Assembly: GCA_026391215.1 (NCBI GenBank)
Contig: JAPLDX010000058.1
Coordinates: 2,887 to 66,886, forward strand
Direction: 5' to 3'
DNA length: 64,000 nucleotides
Source of the DNA: Bacteroidia bacterium
Lineage (GTDB): Bacteria; Bacteroidota; Bacteroidia; Bacteroidales; VadinHA17
The position numbers and the translations under genes are program-made. This document shows, in pieces, positions 38,438 to 46,568 of this stretch (position 1 is its first letter; each line of letters begins with the position of its first letter). Under the pieces are notes generated by a model. That model had not been told where the DNA came from, made no database searches, and was given only the letters and a program-made list of their open reading frames with translations.

Positions 38438-38978
38438 AATTCTTAGTTTTTGACAGAATGTTTCTTAATTTTTCCTTTGCACGGGAATATTGTGATTTTG
38501 AGGTTGATTCGGATATCCCCATTATCTGGGATATTTCAGTATGATCATACCCCTCAAGCAGGTAAAGTGTCAGGACGATCCTGTATCCGTCGGGCAACTG
38601 TTCTATGCCCTTGAAAATCCTGGTTGTATCATAAGCAGTTTCAGTATCTTCTTCATCAGCAGCGACAACCGGCAGTGTCTCATAATAAACAAGGTCTGCC
38701 TTTTTCTTCCTGATCTGGTTAATGCATTTGTTCAGAAGGATGCTTTTAAGCCATGCCCCGAAAGTCGATTCAAACCTGAAGGACGCTATATTCCTGAAGC
38801 ATTCAGTGAACGTCTCCTGCAGGATGTCCTCTGCATCCTCCCTGTTGTTCATCATCCTGTATGCCAGGTTATACATTGCTCTGGAATATTGGTTATAAAG
38901 CATAAACTGTGCTTTGTTGCTTCCTTTTTTACATTCTTCAATCAAAGGAGCATGAATATTAAAATCCAAATGATCCAC
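38430..38978 (-). CDS. ECF-type RNA polymerase sigma-70 factor
   Basis: Region 2 (...REDAEDILQETF...FESTFGAWLKSILLNKC) and region 4 HTH (...EGYDHTEISQIMGISESTSKSQYSRAKEKL). Confidence 0.9.
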   Translation of the reverse strand: MDHLDFNIHAPLIEECKKGSNKAQFMLYNQYSRAMYNLAYRMMNNREDAEDILQETFTECFRNIASFRFESTFGAWLKSILLNKCINQIRKKKADLVYYETLPVVAADEEDTETAYDTTRIFKGIEQLPDGYRIVLTLYLLEGYDHTEISQIMGISESTSKSQYSRAKEKLRNILSKTKNYG

Positions 38979-39033
38979 TTTAACTGCTTACCTGGTTATA
39001 AAGACAATATGATAATTCAAGGGTTGCACTATT

Positions 39034-40650
39034 CTAATGATTTAAGCGTAATTTTTTTCGTACAGGCAGCGCTATAAAAACATAAGCCAGTATTAAAACG
39101 CTTAGTATTGCAGAAAACCGCATTAAATAATCACCATAGAGGACATACGGTGTCAGGGCAATTTCATAACAGATATTCCCCCTTATCACATCTTCGGTCC
39201 ACCATTTGGTTTCCTGAGTCCGTCTGCCCCTGGTGTCAATAATGCATGAGATCCCGGTGTTTGCTGCCCTGACTACCGGTCTTCGCGTTTCAATGGCCCT
39301 TATTGAGGCATATGAAAGATGCTGTTTGTATCCCGGGGTATTTTTCCACCATCCGTCATTTGTGATAATAAATAGAGCATTGGCTCCTTTCCGCACATAA
39401 TCAGCAACATAATTTCCGAAGACAGACTCATAACATATAATAGGTGCAACTGACTTACCTGTAAATGGATGTTTAAAGACAGTTCTATCCTTCTGAGTTC
39501 CATAACCCCATTTTGTACCGCCAAGATATGGAACGATATTGCTGATTAGTTTGCCAAGTCCTGCAGAAAACTGCATTTCGATTCCGGGAACCAGTTTTGA
39601 TTTGTGATAGATACCTTTTACTCCGCAGGGATCAATCATAAATGCTGAGTTGAAATGATCATAGAAGAAACCTGAAGTATCAATTTTACTCGCGGTATTT
39701 GAAGGCGGCTCCTGTCCCGGAGGATACAACCTGAAGCTGACCAGCCCGGAAATTACAGTTGTCCCGGGATGTTGTCCTGCAAATTCCATAAGTGCAAGAA
39801 TGTATTTATTACTATCTGTTTCCTGCTCATTGAAAGGATCATCAACAGTTGTTTCAGGGGTCAGCACCCATGTTGTTTTTTCGGTGACACCAGCAGAAGC
39901 CATATCAATGGTCTTTTTCAGCTGTTCTTCAAATGACACTGTAAATTTTTCGGTATACGGATCAATGTTGGGTTGGATTATAAGCACTTCATTTTCTCCG
40001 GTATTGTTCTGTTCAATGGTATAAAATCTTGTAATTGAAATGATTGAAGGAATAAGTATCACAGCAATCCATATCCACAGATATAGCATATGTCTGTGTT
40101 TCCTGCTGAAGGAATTTACAATAAAGAGAGCCAGGAACAGGTTTGATAACATGATCCACAGTGTACCTCCGGATGCCCCGGTAATCTCGTACCACTGAAT
40201 GAAAAGAATATCTTTTGCGAGGCCGTTGCCAAGATTTATCCAGGGAGAGAACAGGGCAAAGCTGAGGGAAAGGAGCTCAAAGGCAAGCCAGGACGTAATT
40301 ACCGCTATTGATGCGGTTATAATTCCGGCCTGTACCCGTACAACATGGGCAAGCCACAAGATAAAAGTCATAAAGAACGACATTCCGGTTATTACGGTTA
40401 TTGCAGCAGGGATGCTTGCAATCCTTATCCATCCCACGGTCATAATATTAAATATAACGATACCGGGAAGTGTATAAATAAAGCAAGCATTCCAACTGAA
40501 TGTGCCGGGATTTTCAAAAATATGGTTTTCAATCAGGAAGAATGGTACAAGTGAGACCAGAAGAATGAGCCCCGGGAACCAGCTTGTCCAGGCAAGCCCT
40601 GTCAGAATCCCGCCAGTTACAGAGAGAGCCAGGAGACGATACCTGTTCAT
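39034..40650 (-). CDS. lnt: Apolipoprotein N-acyltransferase
   Basis: An N-terminal TM block of about 7 segments and a C-terminal nitrilase-like domain with ...APIICYESVFG.... Confidence 0.9.
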   Translation of the reverse strand: MNRYRLLALSVTGGILTGLAWTSWFPGLILLVSLVPFFLIENHIFENPGTFSWNACFIYTLPGIVIFNIMTVGWIRIASIPAAITVITGMSFFMTFILWLAHVVRVQAGIITASIAVITSWLAFELLSLSFALFSPWINLGNGLAKDILFIQWYEITGASGGTLWIMLSNLFLALFIVNSFSRKHRHMLYLWIWIAVILIPSIISITRFYTIEQNNTGENEVLIIQPNIDPYTEKFTVSFEEQLKKTIDMASAGVTEKTTWVLTPETTVDDPFNEQETDSNKYILALMEFAGQHPGTTVISGLVSFRLYPPGQEPPSNTASKIDTSGFFYDHFNSAFMIDPCGVKGIYHKSKLVPGIEMQFSAGLGKLISNIVPYLGGTKWGYGTQKDRTVFKHPFTGKSVAPIICYESVFGNYVADYVRKGANALFIITNDGWWKNTPGYKQHLSYASIRAIETRRPVVRAANTGISCIIDTRGRRTQETKWWTEDVIRGNICYEIALTPYVLYGDYLMRFSAILSVLILAYVFIALPVRKKLRLNH

Positions 40651-41537
40651 TTCAGCTTGCTTTTTATTCTTCCCAGTATTGCCGGACGGTTGATAAGGTA
40701 GACACCAGCAAGTATCAATAAAACTGAAACCAGTATAGATGATGTAAGGTGCTCATTATCTGAAAGTCCCCATATAGTTGCGACAATCGGGATAAAATAA
40801 GTGGTCATTGATGCAAAAACAGGCGATGTATCCTTTATCAGCCTGTAGAACAGTATCAGAGCAAATGCGCTTCCAAAAACTGAAAGAACTGCAATGAATC
40901 CGAAGTTCCTGAGCCAGTTTTCTGTCTCCAGCGGCGCCTGCAGGTCAGTCAGGAGGAGAAGAACAAGTGCAAAAGGCCCCAGTATAAAAAATGCCAGTGA
41001 GGTTATTTCCAGTCCGTTAAGACCCTGAACTTTACTTACCTCATTTGAGCTGATACCGTAGAGGAGAGTTGCCAGTACGACGAAAAGGCCGTAGTAATTA
41101 AATGTAAAGGAGCCGCTGTAAAGAAGACCTGCGGCACCGATCAAACCAAGAAAAACTCCTGCAACCTGTGATCTTATTGCCTTCCTTTTATACATTACTA
41201 TCCCCATGATCAGGGTAAATACAGGGCTTAATGAATTTAACATGCCAGCTACCGAACTGTCGATCCTGGTCTGTGCCTGGGGAAAGAGGAACGCCGGGAT
41301 ACCACTACCGAAGAAGCCTATGATAATGATTGATAAAAGGTTATCTTTTGTAAGCTTGGGCAAGCTGCGTATAGCCATCGGTAAAAGGCACAGAAATGAG
41401 ATCAGTACCCTCAGTGAGGCAACCTGGTACGTTGAAAAAGATTCAAGACCCTTTTTCATTAATATATAGCTGGTCCCCCATATCAGCGACAGGGTGGCCA
41501 GAACTAACCAGTGCCATAGTTTCCTTCCTTCGGACAT
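40647..41537 (-). CDS. EamA/DMT-family transporter
   Basis: 10-TM protein with duplicated EamA halves. ATG 41537 was chosen; the track start at 41552 is a GTG that abuts a -7 box. Confidence 0.85.
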   Translation of the reverse strand: MSEGRKLWHWLVLATLSLIWGTSYILMKKGLESFSTYQVASLRVLISFLCLLPMAIRSLPKLTKDNLLSIIIIGFFGSGIPAFLFPQAQTRIDSSVAGMLNSLSPVFTLIMGIVMYKRKAIRSQVAGVFLGLIGAAGLLYSGSFTFNYYGLFVVLATLLYGISSNEVSKVQGLNGLEITSLAFFILGPFALVLLLLTDLQAPLETENWLRNFGFIAVLSVFGSAFALILFYRLIKDTSPVFASMTTYFIPIVATIWGLSDNEHLTSSILVSVLLILAGVYLINRPAILGRIKSKLK

Positions 41538-41551
41538 ATCTGATAAATCCA

Positions 41552-41559
41552 CAAATTTA
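41552..41559 (-). promoter_or_regulatory. Candidate -7 box (TAAATTTG on the minus strand) for the EamA-lnt operon
   Basis: CAAATTTA on the + strand, 15 nt upstream of ATG 41537. Confidence 0.45.
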
Positions 41560-41750
41560 ACAGAAGAAGTGAGAGCCGGGTTTTATTTTAAGTTCTTTTT
41601 GAATATTTTGTATGTTCACCACTTTAAAAGGGCAGTTCATCCAATTTTTTCAGTCACTTATGAAAATGAATAATAATAATATTGCTTTTTGTAAAATATT
41701 AGTATATTTTTACAAATAGTATTCGTTTAAAAGAATAAAAATATCCCTGA

Positions 41751-42227
41751 ATGAAAAGATACATTCTCGTTTCTTTCGCAGCATTGTATGCTTTGTCCCT
41801 CAGCGGACAGAAACAGGAAGTGATTGCAAGTGCCGGCGGATATAATTCAGCTGGCAGTATCTCTATCAGCTGGACGCTTGGTGAGACAATTATTCCAACC
41901 TTTTCATCGGGAGATCTGATCCTTACTCACGGATTTCAGCAGCAGCTGATTGTGACAACCATTGAGGACAATCTTGAAGAGCTGGTAAATGTAACTGTTT
42001 ATCCAAATCCGGCCAGTGAAAACCTGAATCTGAGGTTTGAGGTGCCTGTTGAGGGAGAGATTGACCTATATCTTCTCAACCAGCAGGGTCAGCTGGTAAA
42101 GACCGATGTTATTGAGGCTGCAACTCTTGAAAAGCAGATCAGCATGCAGGAGTTTCCTGCAGGGGTCTATTTCCTGAGGCTTGTTAAAGGAAAATTAAGT
42201 AACGTATATAAAGTTGTAAAACTTTAA
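41751..42227 (+). CDS. Small secreted protein with T9SS C-terminal sorting domain
   Basis: Signal peptide. The C-terminus ...VTVYPNPASENLNLRF...GVYFLRLVKG...YKVVKL is a type A T9SS CTD. Confidence 0.85.
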   Translation: MKRYILVSFAALYALSLSGQKQEVIASAGGYNSAGSISISWTLGETIIPTFSSGDLILTHGFQQQLIVTTIEDNLEELVNVTVYPNPASENLNLRFEVPVEGEIDLYLLNQQGQLVKTDVIEAATLEKQISMQEFPAGVYFLRLVKGKLSNVYKVVKL

Positions 42228-42235
42228 AGAAGCTT

Positions 42236-42305
42236 TTACTGTCCAAAAGCAAATTTTTCCATTCTTTTCATGGCTGCCCCGACATTCAACGTCGGGGCTT
42301 TTTTT
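42236..42305 (+). repeat. Direct repeat copy L (about 65 bp), containing the hairpin terminator of the upstream gene
   Basis: TTACT..AAAGCAAATTTTTCCATTCTTTTCATGGCT-GCCCCGAC-ATTCAAC-GTCGGGGC-TTTTTTT. It matches 43303-43366 at most aligned positions (by eye). Confidence 0.8.
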
Positions 42306-42345
42306 AAGTCTATTTATATTATGTTGAAAAATTTCTGATTAAAAA

Positions 42346-42560
42346 GAGCCAAATATGAATAACCCCCGGTGCCAACCGGGGGGAAAGGGACAAAACAAGG
42401 ATGTACAGCTCTGAAGGAGCTATATTTGATTGATGTCTGGCAAGGCAGGAAGCAATATTTCTCTTAGCCGGCTCTGAAAGAGCCAAATTTGAATAACCCC
42501 CGGTGCCAACCGGGGGAAAGATGGTAACACATCTCTGCAGCTCTGAAGGAGCTGAATATG
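42346..42560 (+). repeat. REP-like repeat doublet, forward orientation (about 133-bp period)
   Basis: Two units, at 42346-42420 and 42470-42552. Each unit is GAGCCAAAT(A/T)TGAATAA-CCCCCGGT-GCCA-ACCGGGGG, a spacer of about 20 nt, then GCTC-TGAAG-GAGC. Confidence 0.8.
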
Positions 42561-42564
42561 AGCT

Positions 42565-43011
42565 CTATGGGAAGTACCTGTCATCAACCTTGACACCAGA
42601 CTCCAGCAGCAGCTTCCTGTACTCCTCCTCAAATATTACCTTCCTGTGATGCTCCTGCTGACTCTTTATATATTCTATCAGCCTTCCGGCATCTATATAA
42701 GAACACGTAAAAGCCCCATATCCATCTGCCCAACCATTAAAAGACGGGAAAAACCCGCTGTTTTTCATCCATACTGAAGACGCCACTTTTACTTCTCTCA
42801 TAAAGTCAGCCAGCGCTATAGATGGATGAATATCAGTGAGCAGATGCAGATGATCTTCAGTACCATTGATACGATACAGATGACTATTTTTGTTCCTTGT
42901 TATTCCAATAATGTAGGAATAAAGCTGCCCTGCATTTTCCTGTTTGATAGCTGGCAGACTATCCTTTGTCCTGAAGACAATGTGATAAAGCAACTGTCTG
43001 TAGCTTGACAT
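42565..43011 (-). CDS. IS200/IS605-type Y1 (HUH) transposase, RAYT-like
   Basis: 148 aa protein with ...LLYHIVFRTK... (beta1), HUH motif DHLHLL, and ...IEYIKSQQEHH with the candidate catalytic Tyr. Confidence 0.85.
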   Translation of the reverse strand: MSSYRQLLYHIVFRTKDSLPAIKQENAGQLYSYIIGITRNKNSHLYRINGTEDHLHLLTDIHPSIALADFMREVKVASSVWMKNSGFFPSFNGWADGYGAFTCSYIDAGRLIEYIKSQQEHHRKVIFEEEYRKLLLESGVKVDDRYFP

Positions 43012-43088
43012 AATAAAAATGGCTTTAATTAATAATACAGCGAGAAAAAAGTAGAATACAGAATTTCCAGGTAAAATCCAAATAAATT

Positions 43089-43246
43089 GAGCCCCTTCAG
43101 GGCTCTACATATAACTCATGTGCAGTCTATACATTGGCACCGGGGATTATTCAAATTCAGCCCTTGCAGGGCGACACTAGTAGGAAGCGTGCTCTTCGCC
43201 TGCTATTGCTGGGGGTCATTCAAATTAAGCCACATTCGTGGCTTGG
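43089..43246 (-). repeat. REP-like repeats, reverse orientation
   Basis: GAGCCC-CTTCA-GGGCTC at 43089-43105. TTGGCACCGGGGATTATTCAAATTCA-GCCCT-TGC-AGGGC at 43134-43172. GGGGGTCATTCAAATTA-AGCCAC-ATTC-GTGGCT at 43211-43243. Confidence 0.75.
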
Positions 43247-43302
43247 TTGGCTGTCACAATTAGTGTAGACAGATATAGAGTAACTATAGCAAGATTATTT
43301 TC

Positions 43303-43366
43303 TTACTCTCAAAGCAATTTTTCCATTCTTTTCATGGCTGCCCCGACATTTATAGTCGGGGCTTTT
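43303..43366 (+). repeat. Direct repeat copy R (about 65 bp) with hairpin
   Basis: TTACT..AAAGCAATTTTTCCATTCTTTTCATGGCT-GCCCCGAC-ATTTATA-GTCGGGGC-TTTT. Stem and 5' flank are the same as copy L; only the loop differs. Confidence 0.8.
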
Positions 43367-43453
43367 GCTTTGTTAAATAGTGTTAAATCAGCTTCTTATC
43401 AAATACGGGGTAATACTAATTGTCTATCTTTCGGTATTAATCCAACATCGGAA

Positions 43454-44662
43454 ATGATAAATAAAGTATTCGTTGTTTCGTTTGCAGTCATCCTTCTGAC
43501 CGGATGCGGCAGCAGTGAGGAACAGATCATCAAACGGGCAGATAAAATACATGAGAAATTCCTGACGGTCGATACACATTGCGATACACCGCTTGATATA
43601 ATAAGAAACGGTTTTGATCTCGGAGAAAAGCACGACAGGGGATGTGTCGATTTTCCGAGAATGATCGAAGGAGGACTGGATGCTGAATTCCTGGCAGCTT
43701 ATATCGGTCAGGGACCGAGAGACGATTCATCAACCAACCAGGCTCACCTGGAAATCCTCGGTATAATTGATGCAATATATAAGAATGTTGAAAAGAATTC
43801 CGCGATGGCAGAGATTGCCCTTTCGCCTGATGATGCATACAGGCTGAAGAAAGCCGGTAAGCTATCGGCATTCATTGGAATTGAAAATGGTTACCCTGTG
43901 GGCAAAGATATTTCCAGAATAAAACAGTATTATGATCTGGGTGCAAGGTATATAACTCTTTGCCATTCAGGGAACAATGATATTTGCGATTCATCTTCCG
44001 ATCCAAAGGGACCTGAACATAACGGGTTATCATCTTTTGGAGAAGAAGTAGTAAAAGAGATGAACCATCTTGGAATGATTATCGATGTTTCACATATGTC
44101 CGATGAGGCATTCAGTGATGTTTTAAGCGTATCCAAAGCTCCGGTAATTGCTTCTCATTCATCATCAAGGGCATTGTGCTCCAGTCCGAGAAACCTTTCT
44201 GATGACATGCTGCTGTCACTGAAATCAAATGACGGAGTCATCCAGATATGCATCCTGAGCAGCTATATAAAAACTCCCGAACCCAATCCTGAGATGGATG
44301 CAAAACTGGCAGAGCTTAAGGATAAATATGGTGATTTTAACACCCTGTCGGATGAGCAGAAAAAACAGTTTCGCAGTGAAAGATGGGAGATTATGGATAA
44401 ATACAGGAAGCTAGCAACTGTTACTGACGTTGTTGATCATATTGATCATGTAGCGCAGGTAATCGGTATTGATCATGTAGGCATCGGAACCGATTTTGAC
44501 GGTGGAGGAGGGGTTGACGGATGCAAATCAGTTGCAGAAATGAAGAACATCACCATAGAATTATTGCGCCGCGGTTATTCAAAATCAGATATCGGAAAGA
44601 TATGGGGCGGGAATATCATGAGGGTTTTCCGCGAAGTCGAAGAAATAGCCGGAAAGAATTAG
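43454..44662 (+). CDS. Membrane dipeptidase (peptidase family M19), lipoprotein
   Basis: MINKVFVVSFAVILLTGC is a lipobox. ...VDTHCDTP..., ...DVSH... and ...HVGIGTDFDG... are M19 motifs. ATG 43454 was chosen; the track N-terminal extension runs through the repeats. Confidence 0.9.
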   Translation: MINKVFVVSFAVILLTGCGSSEEQIIKRADKIHEKFLTVDTHCDTPLDIIRNGFDLGEKHDRGCVDFPRMIEGGLDAEFLAAYIGQGPRDDSSTNQAHLEILGIIDAIYKNVEKNSAMAEIALSPDDAYRLKKAGKLSAFIGIENGYPVGKDISRIKQYYDLGARYITLCHSGNNDICDSSSDPKGPEHNGLSSFGEEVVKEMNHLGMIIDVSHMSDEAFSDVLSVSKAPVIASHSSSRALCSSPRNLSDDMLLSLKSNDGVIQICILSSYIKTPEPNPEMDAKLAELKDKYGDFNTLSDEQKKQFRSERWEIMDKYRKLATVTDVVDHIDHVAQVIGIDHVGIGTDFDGGGGVDGCKSVAEMKNITIELLRRGYSKSDIGKIWGGNIMRVFREVEEIAGKN

Positions 44663-44663
44663 C

Positions 44664-45740
44664 TCATATCTTCACGCGCGAAAACCTAAGTACCTTCAGT
44701 ATCCATTCAGGTAAAGGCTTTCCAGGCTCTCTTTTCTTCAGATTGAGATACCATCCCAGCTTTTTCAGAACTGGAATTTTATGTGTTTCAACAAACTCGA
44801 TCAGAGTACCGTCGGGATCTTCAATATATGAGAAATGGCCGGCAGCCTCCCCCATATCGAAACTGTTGCCATCATGACTTTGCTTGCTATCAACCCTGAA
44901 CGGGAATCCCAGGTTATTACAGTAAGATTTCAACTCGTCCATATTGACAATGTCAAAACAGAGATGTATGAATCCGGGGTCGCCCCAGAATCGGTCTTCA
45001 TATATTCTTTTCCCTGGATTGTCGGCACTAATAAGTTCAATCTCGGTTTGTCCCAGAACCCTGCTGAAAGGACCCATGACGGTCTTTGATCTTCTGAGCA
45101 GCACCCTTCTGAAAGCATTTTTCCCTCCGGGAAGAGGAGCAAGATCGGGGAATACGCCGGTCGAATCATAAGCAACTTCATCATAACCAAGGATATCTGA
45201 ATACACCCTCCTGGCTTTTTCCATGTTAGAAACACCAATAATGACACCGTATGAGCCTCCGGATACCTTATTCTCATTCATGAACCAGCCGGCCCCTTCG
45301 ACCATCTGAAAGATATTTCCATACGGATCTTTCAGGAAGAAACTCTTCTTACCATTAGGGTCCGGTGCCGGTTCCCCTAAAAGAGCTGAATTGTTTTGAT
45401 GATAGAAAGAATAAGCTTCATCAATATTTTTGACTTTCATTTTACAGCCAGTGATGCCAAGGTCCCCCAGTTTTATCTCTTCCCTGATCTGGACCGGCTC
45501 TCTTCCTTTATACTGCCATATCTCAAATCCTCCTCCGCTCTGAAGGTTTAGTGCAAGTACGGCATGTCTGCTCCAGGGTTTGCCTCCTGTGAAAGGCAGC
45601 ATCAGCTTTGCTACTGCTTCATCTTCAAATATCCTGCAGTCCATTCCAAACTGACTGATATACCACTTCCATGCCTCTTTGAAGTTAACAACTCCGATCC
45701 CTACCTGCTGGATCCCGCCTATTAAGTATCCCTTCTTCAT
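44664..45740 (-). CDS. VOC-family (glyoxalase/dioxygenase fold) protein, multi-domain
   Basis: 358 aa protein with repeated beta-alpha-beta-beta-beta modules (...VGIGV.NF.EAWKWY...DPYGNIFQ...DPDGTLIEF...). Confidence 0.75.
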   Translation of the reverse strand: MKKGYLIGGIQQVGIGVVNFKEAWKWYISQFGMDCRIFEDEAVAKLMLPFTGGKPWSRHAVLALNLQSGGGFEIWQYKGREPVQIREEIKLGDLGITGCKMKVKNIDEAYSFYHQNNSALLGEPAPDPNGKKSFFLKDPYGNIFQMVEGAGWFMNENKVSGGSYGVIIGVSNMEKARRVYSDILGYDEVAYDSTGVFPDLAPLPGGKNAFRRVLLRRSKTVMGPFSRVLGQTEIELISADNPGKRIYEDRFWGDPGFIHLCFDIVNMDELKSYCNNLGFPFRVDSKQSHDGNSFDMGEAAGHFSYIEDPDGTLIEFVETHKIPVLKKLGWYLNLKKREPGKPLPEWILKVLRFSRVKI

Positions 45741-45758
45741 ATAAGATTTTAATATAAA

Positions 45759-46568
45759 TTATGTTGATTTCAATTTGTCTGCAATTCTGAAAAAGAACCA
45801 TGGACAGATCCTTCTGATGTAAAGTATAGTCAGTTCTCCTCCGCCTACAAGGATCTCTCTTTTATTCCTTTTTATCCCCCTTATTATTATTCTTGCTGCT
45901 TTTTCCGGCGTTATTCCATTTAACAGGCCCTCATCCATTTTCCCGTGCTCTTTGCCTTCTGAGTTTAGGGCATGAAATGAGATATTCGTCCTTACTCTCC
46001 CGGGGATAAGAACGGATGTCCTTATATTATTTATTTTGTTTTCCAGGAAAAGTGTTTCAAAGAATCCATGGAGAGCCTGCTTTGAGGCAGAATAAGCGGA
46101 ACGCAACGGAAAACCGAATCTTCCTGTTATGCTGCTTGTTGCCACAATATGTCCTGATTTATGGCTTATCATGTATGGCAGAACAGCTTTTGTCAGGGCA
46201 ATGGTTCCGAAATAGTTGATCTCAAATATTTTCCTGTCAAGCCACATCGGAGTTTCATCAATCCTTGCTCTCTGGCTTATTCCACCAATATTTATAAGAT
46301 AATCCAGTTTGCCGATGATCTTCATCTGTCGTTCGACCAGGTTCGCAATATCGGAAGTATCAGAAAGATCAAATGGTACGCATATAATTTCAGATGATCT
46401 GCCTCCGCAAGCGGCTTTTACCCTTTCCAGTCCCTGTTCATCGTTTGACGAAATAATGACTTTGGCTCCCCTGTTTATAAATTCATATACAAGCGCTTCC
46501 CCTATTCCTGAAGATGCACCTGTTATCCAGGCATATTTCCCCGAAAATGTTTCATGCTTTTTTTTCAC
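45759..46568 (-). CDS. SDR-family oxidoreductase
   Basis: TGASSGIGEA Rossmann motif and YSASK active-site motif. Confidence 0.9.
   Translation of the reverse strand: MKKKHETFSGKYAWITGASSGIGEALVYEFINRGAKVIISSNDEQGLERVKAACGGRSSEIICVPFDLSDTSDIANLVERQMKIIGKLDYLINIGGISQRARIDETPMWLDRKIFEINYFGTIALTKAVLPYMISHKSGHIVATSSITGRFGFPLRSAYSASKQALHGFFETLFLENKINNIRTSVLIPGRVRTNISFHALNSEGKEHGKMDEGLLNGITPEKAARIIIRGIKRNKREILVGGGELTILYIRRICPWFFFRIADKLKST

Larger units (their letters stand above)
42346..43246 (-). mobile_element. RAYT/IS200-like Y1 transposase cassette with flanking inverted REP-like repeats
   Basis: A tnpA-like gene bracketed by two forward copies (left) and two reverse copies (right) of a 22-nt core GNGCYNAATNTGAATRAYCCCC, plus associated hairpins. 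Confidence 0.7.

Noticed and set aside
38541-39077. 178-aa + strand ORF.
   Set aside because: It is entirely antisense to the well-supported ECF sigma gene and has no domain signature. It is a shadow ORF.
42420-42632. 70-aa minus-strand ORF across the left REP array.
   Set aside because: It reads through hairpin repeats and overlaps the 3' end of the transposase gene in another frame.
43238-43453. 72-codon N-terminal extension of the dipeptidase ORF in the track.
   Set aside because: The extension reads through the REP-like repeats and direct-repeat copy R. A lipoprotein signal peptide (MINKVFVVSFAVILLTGC) begins at ATG 43454.
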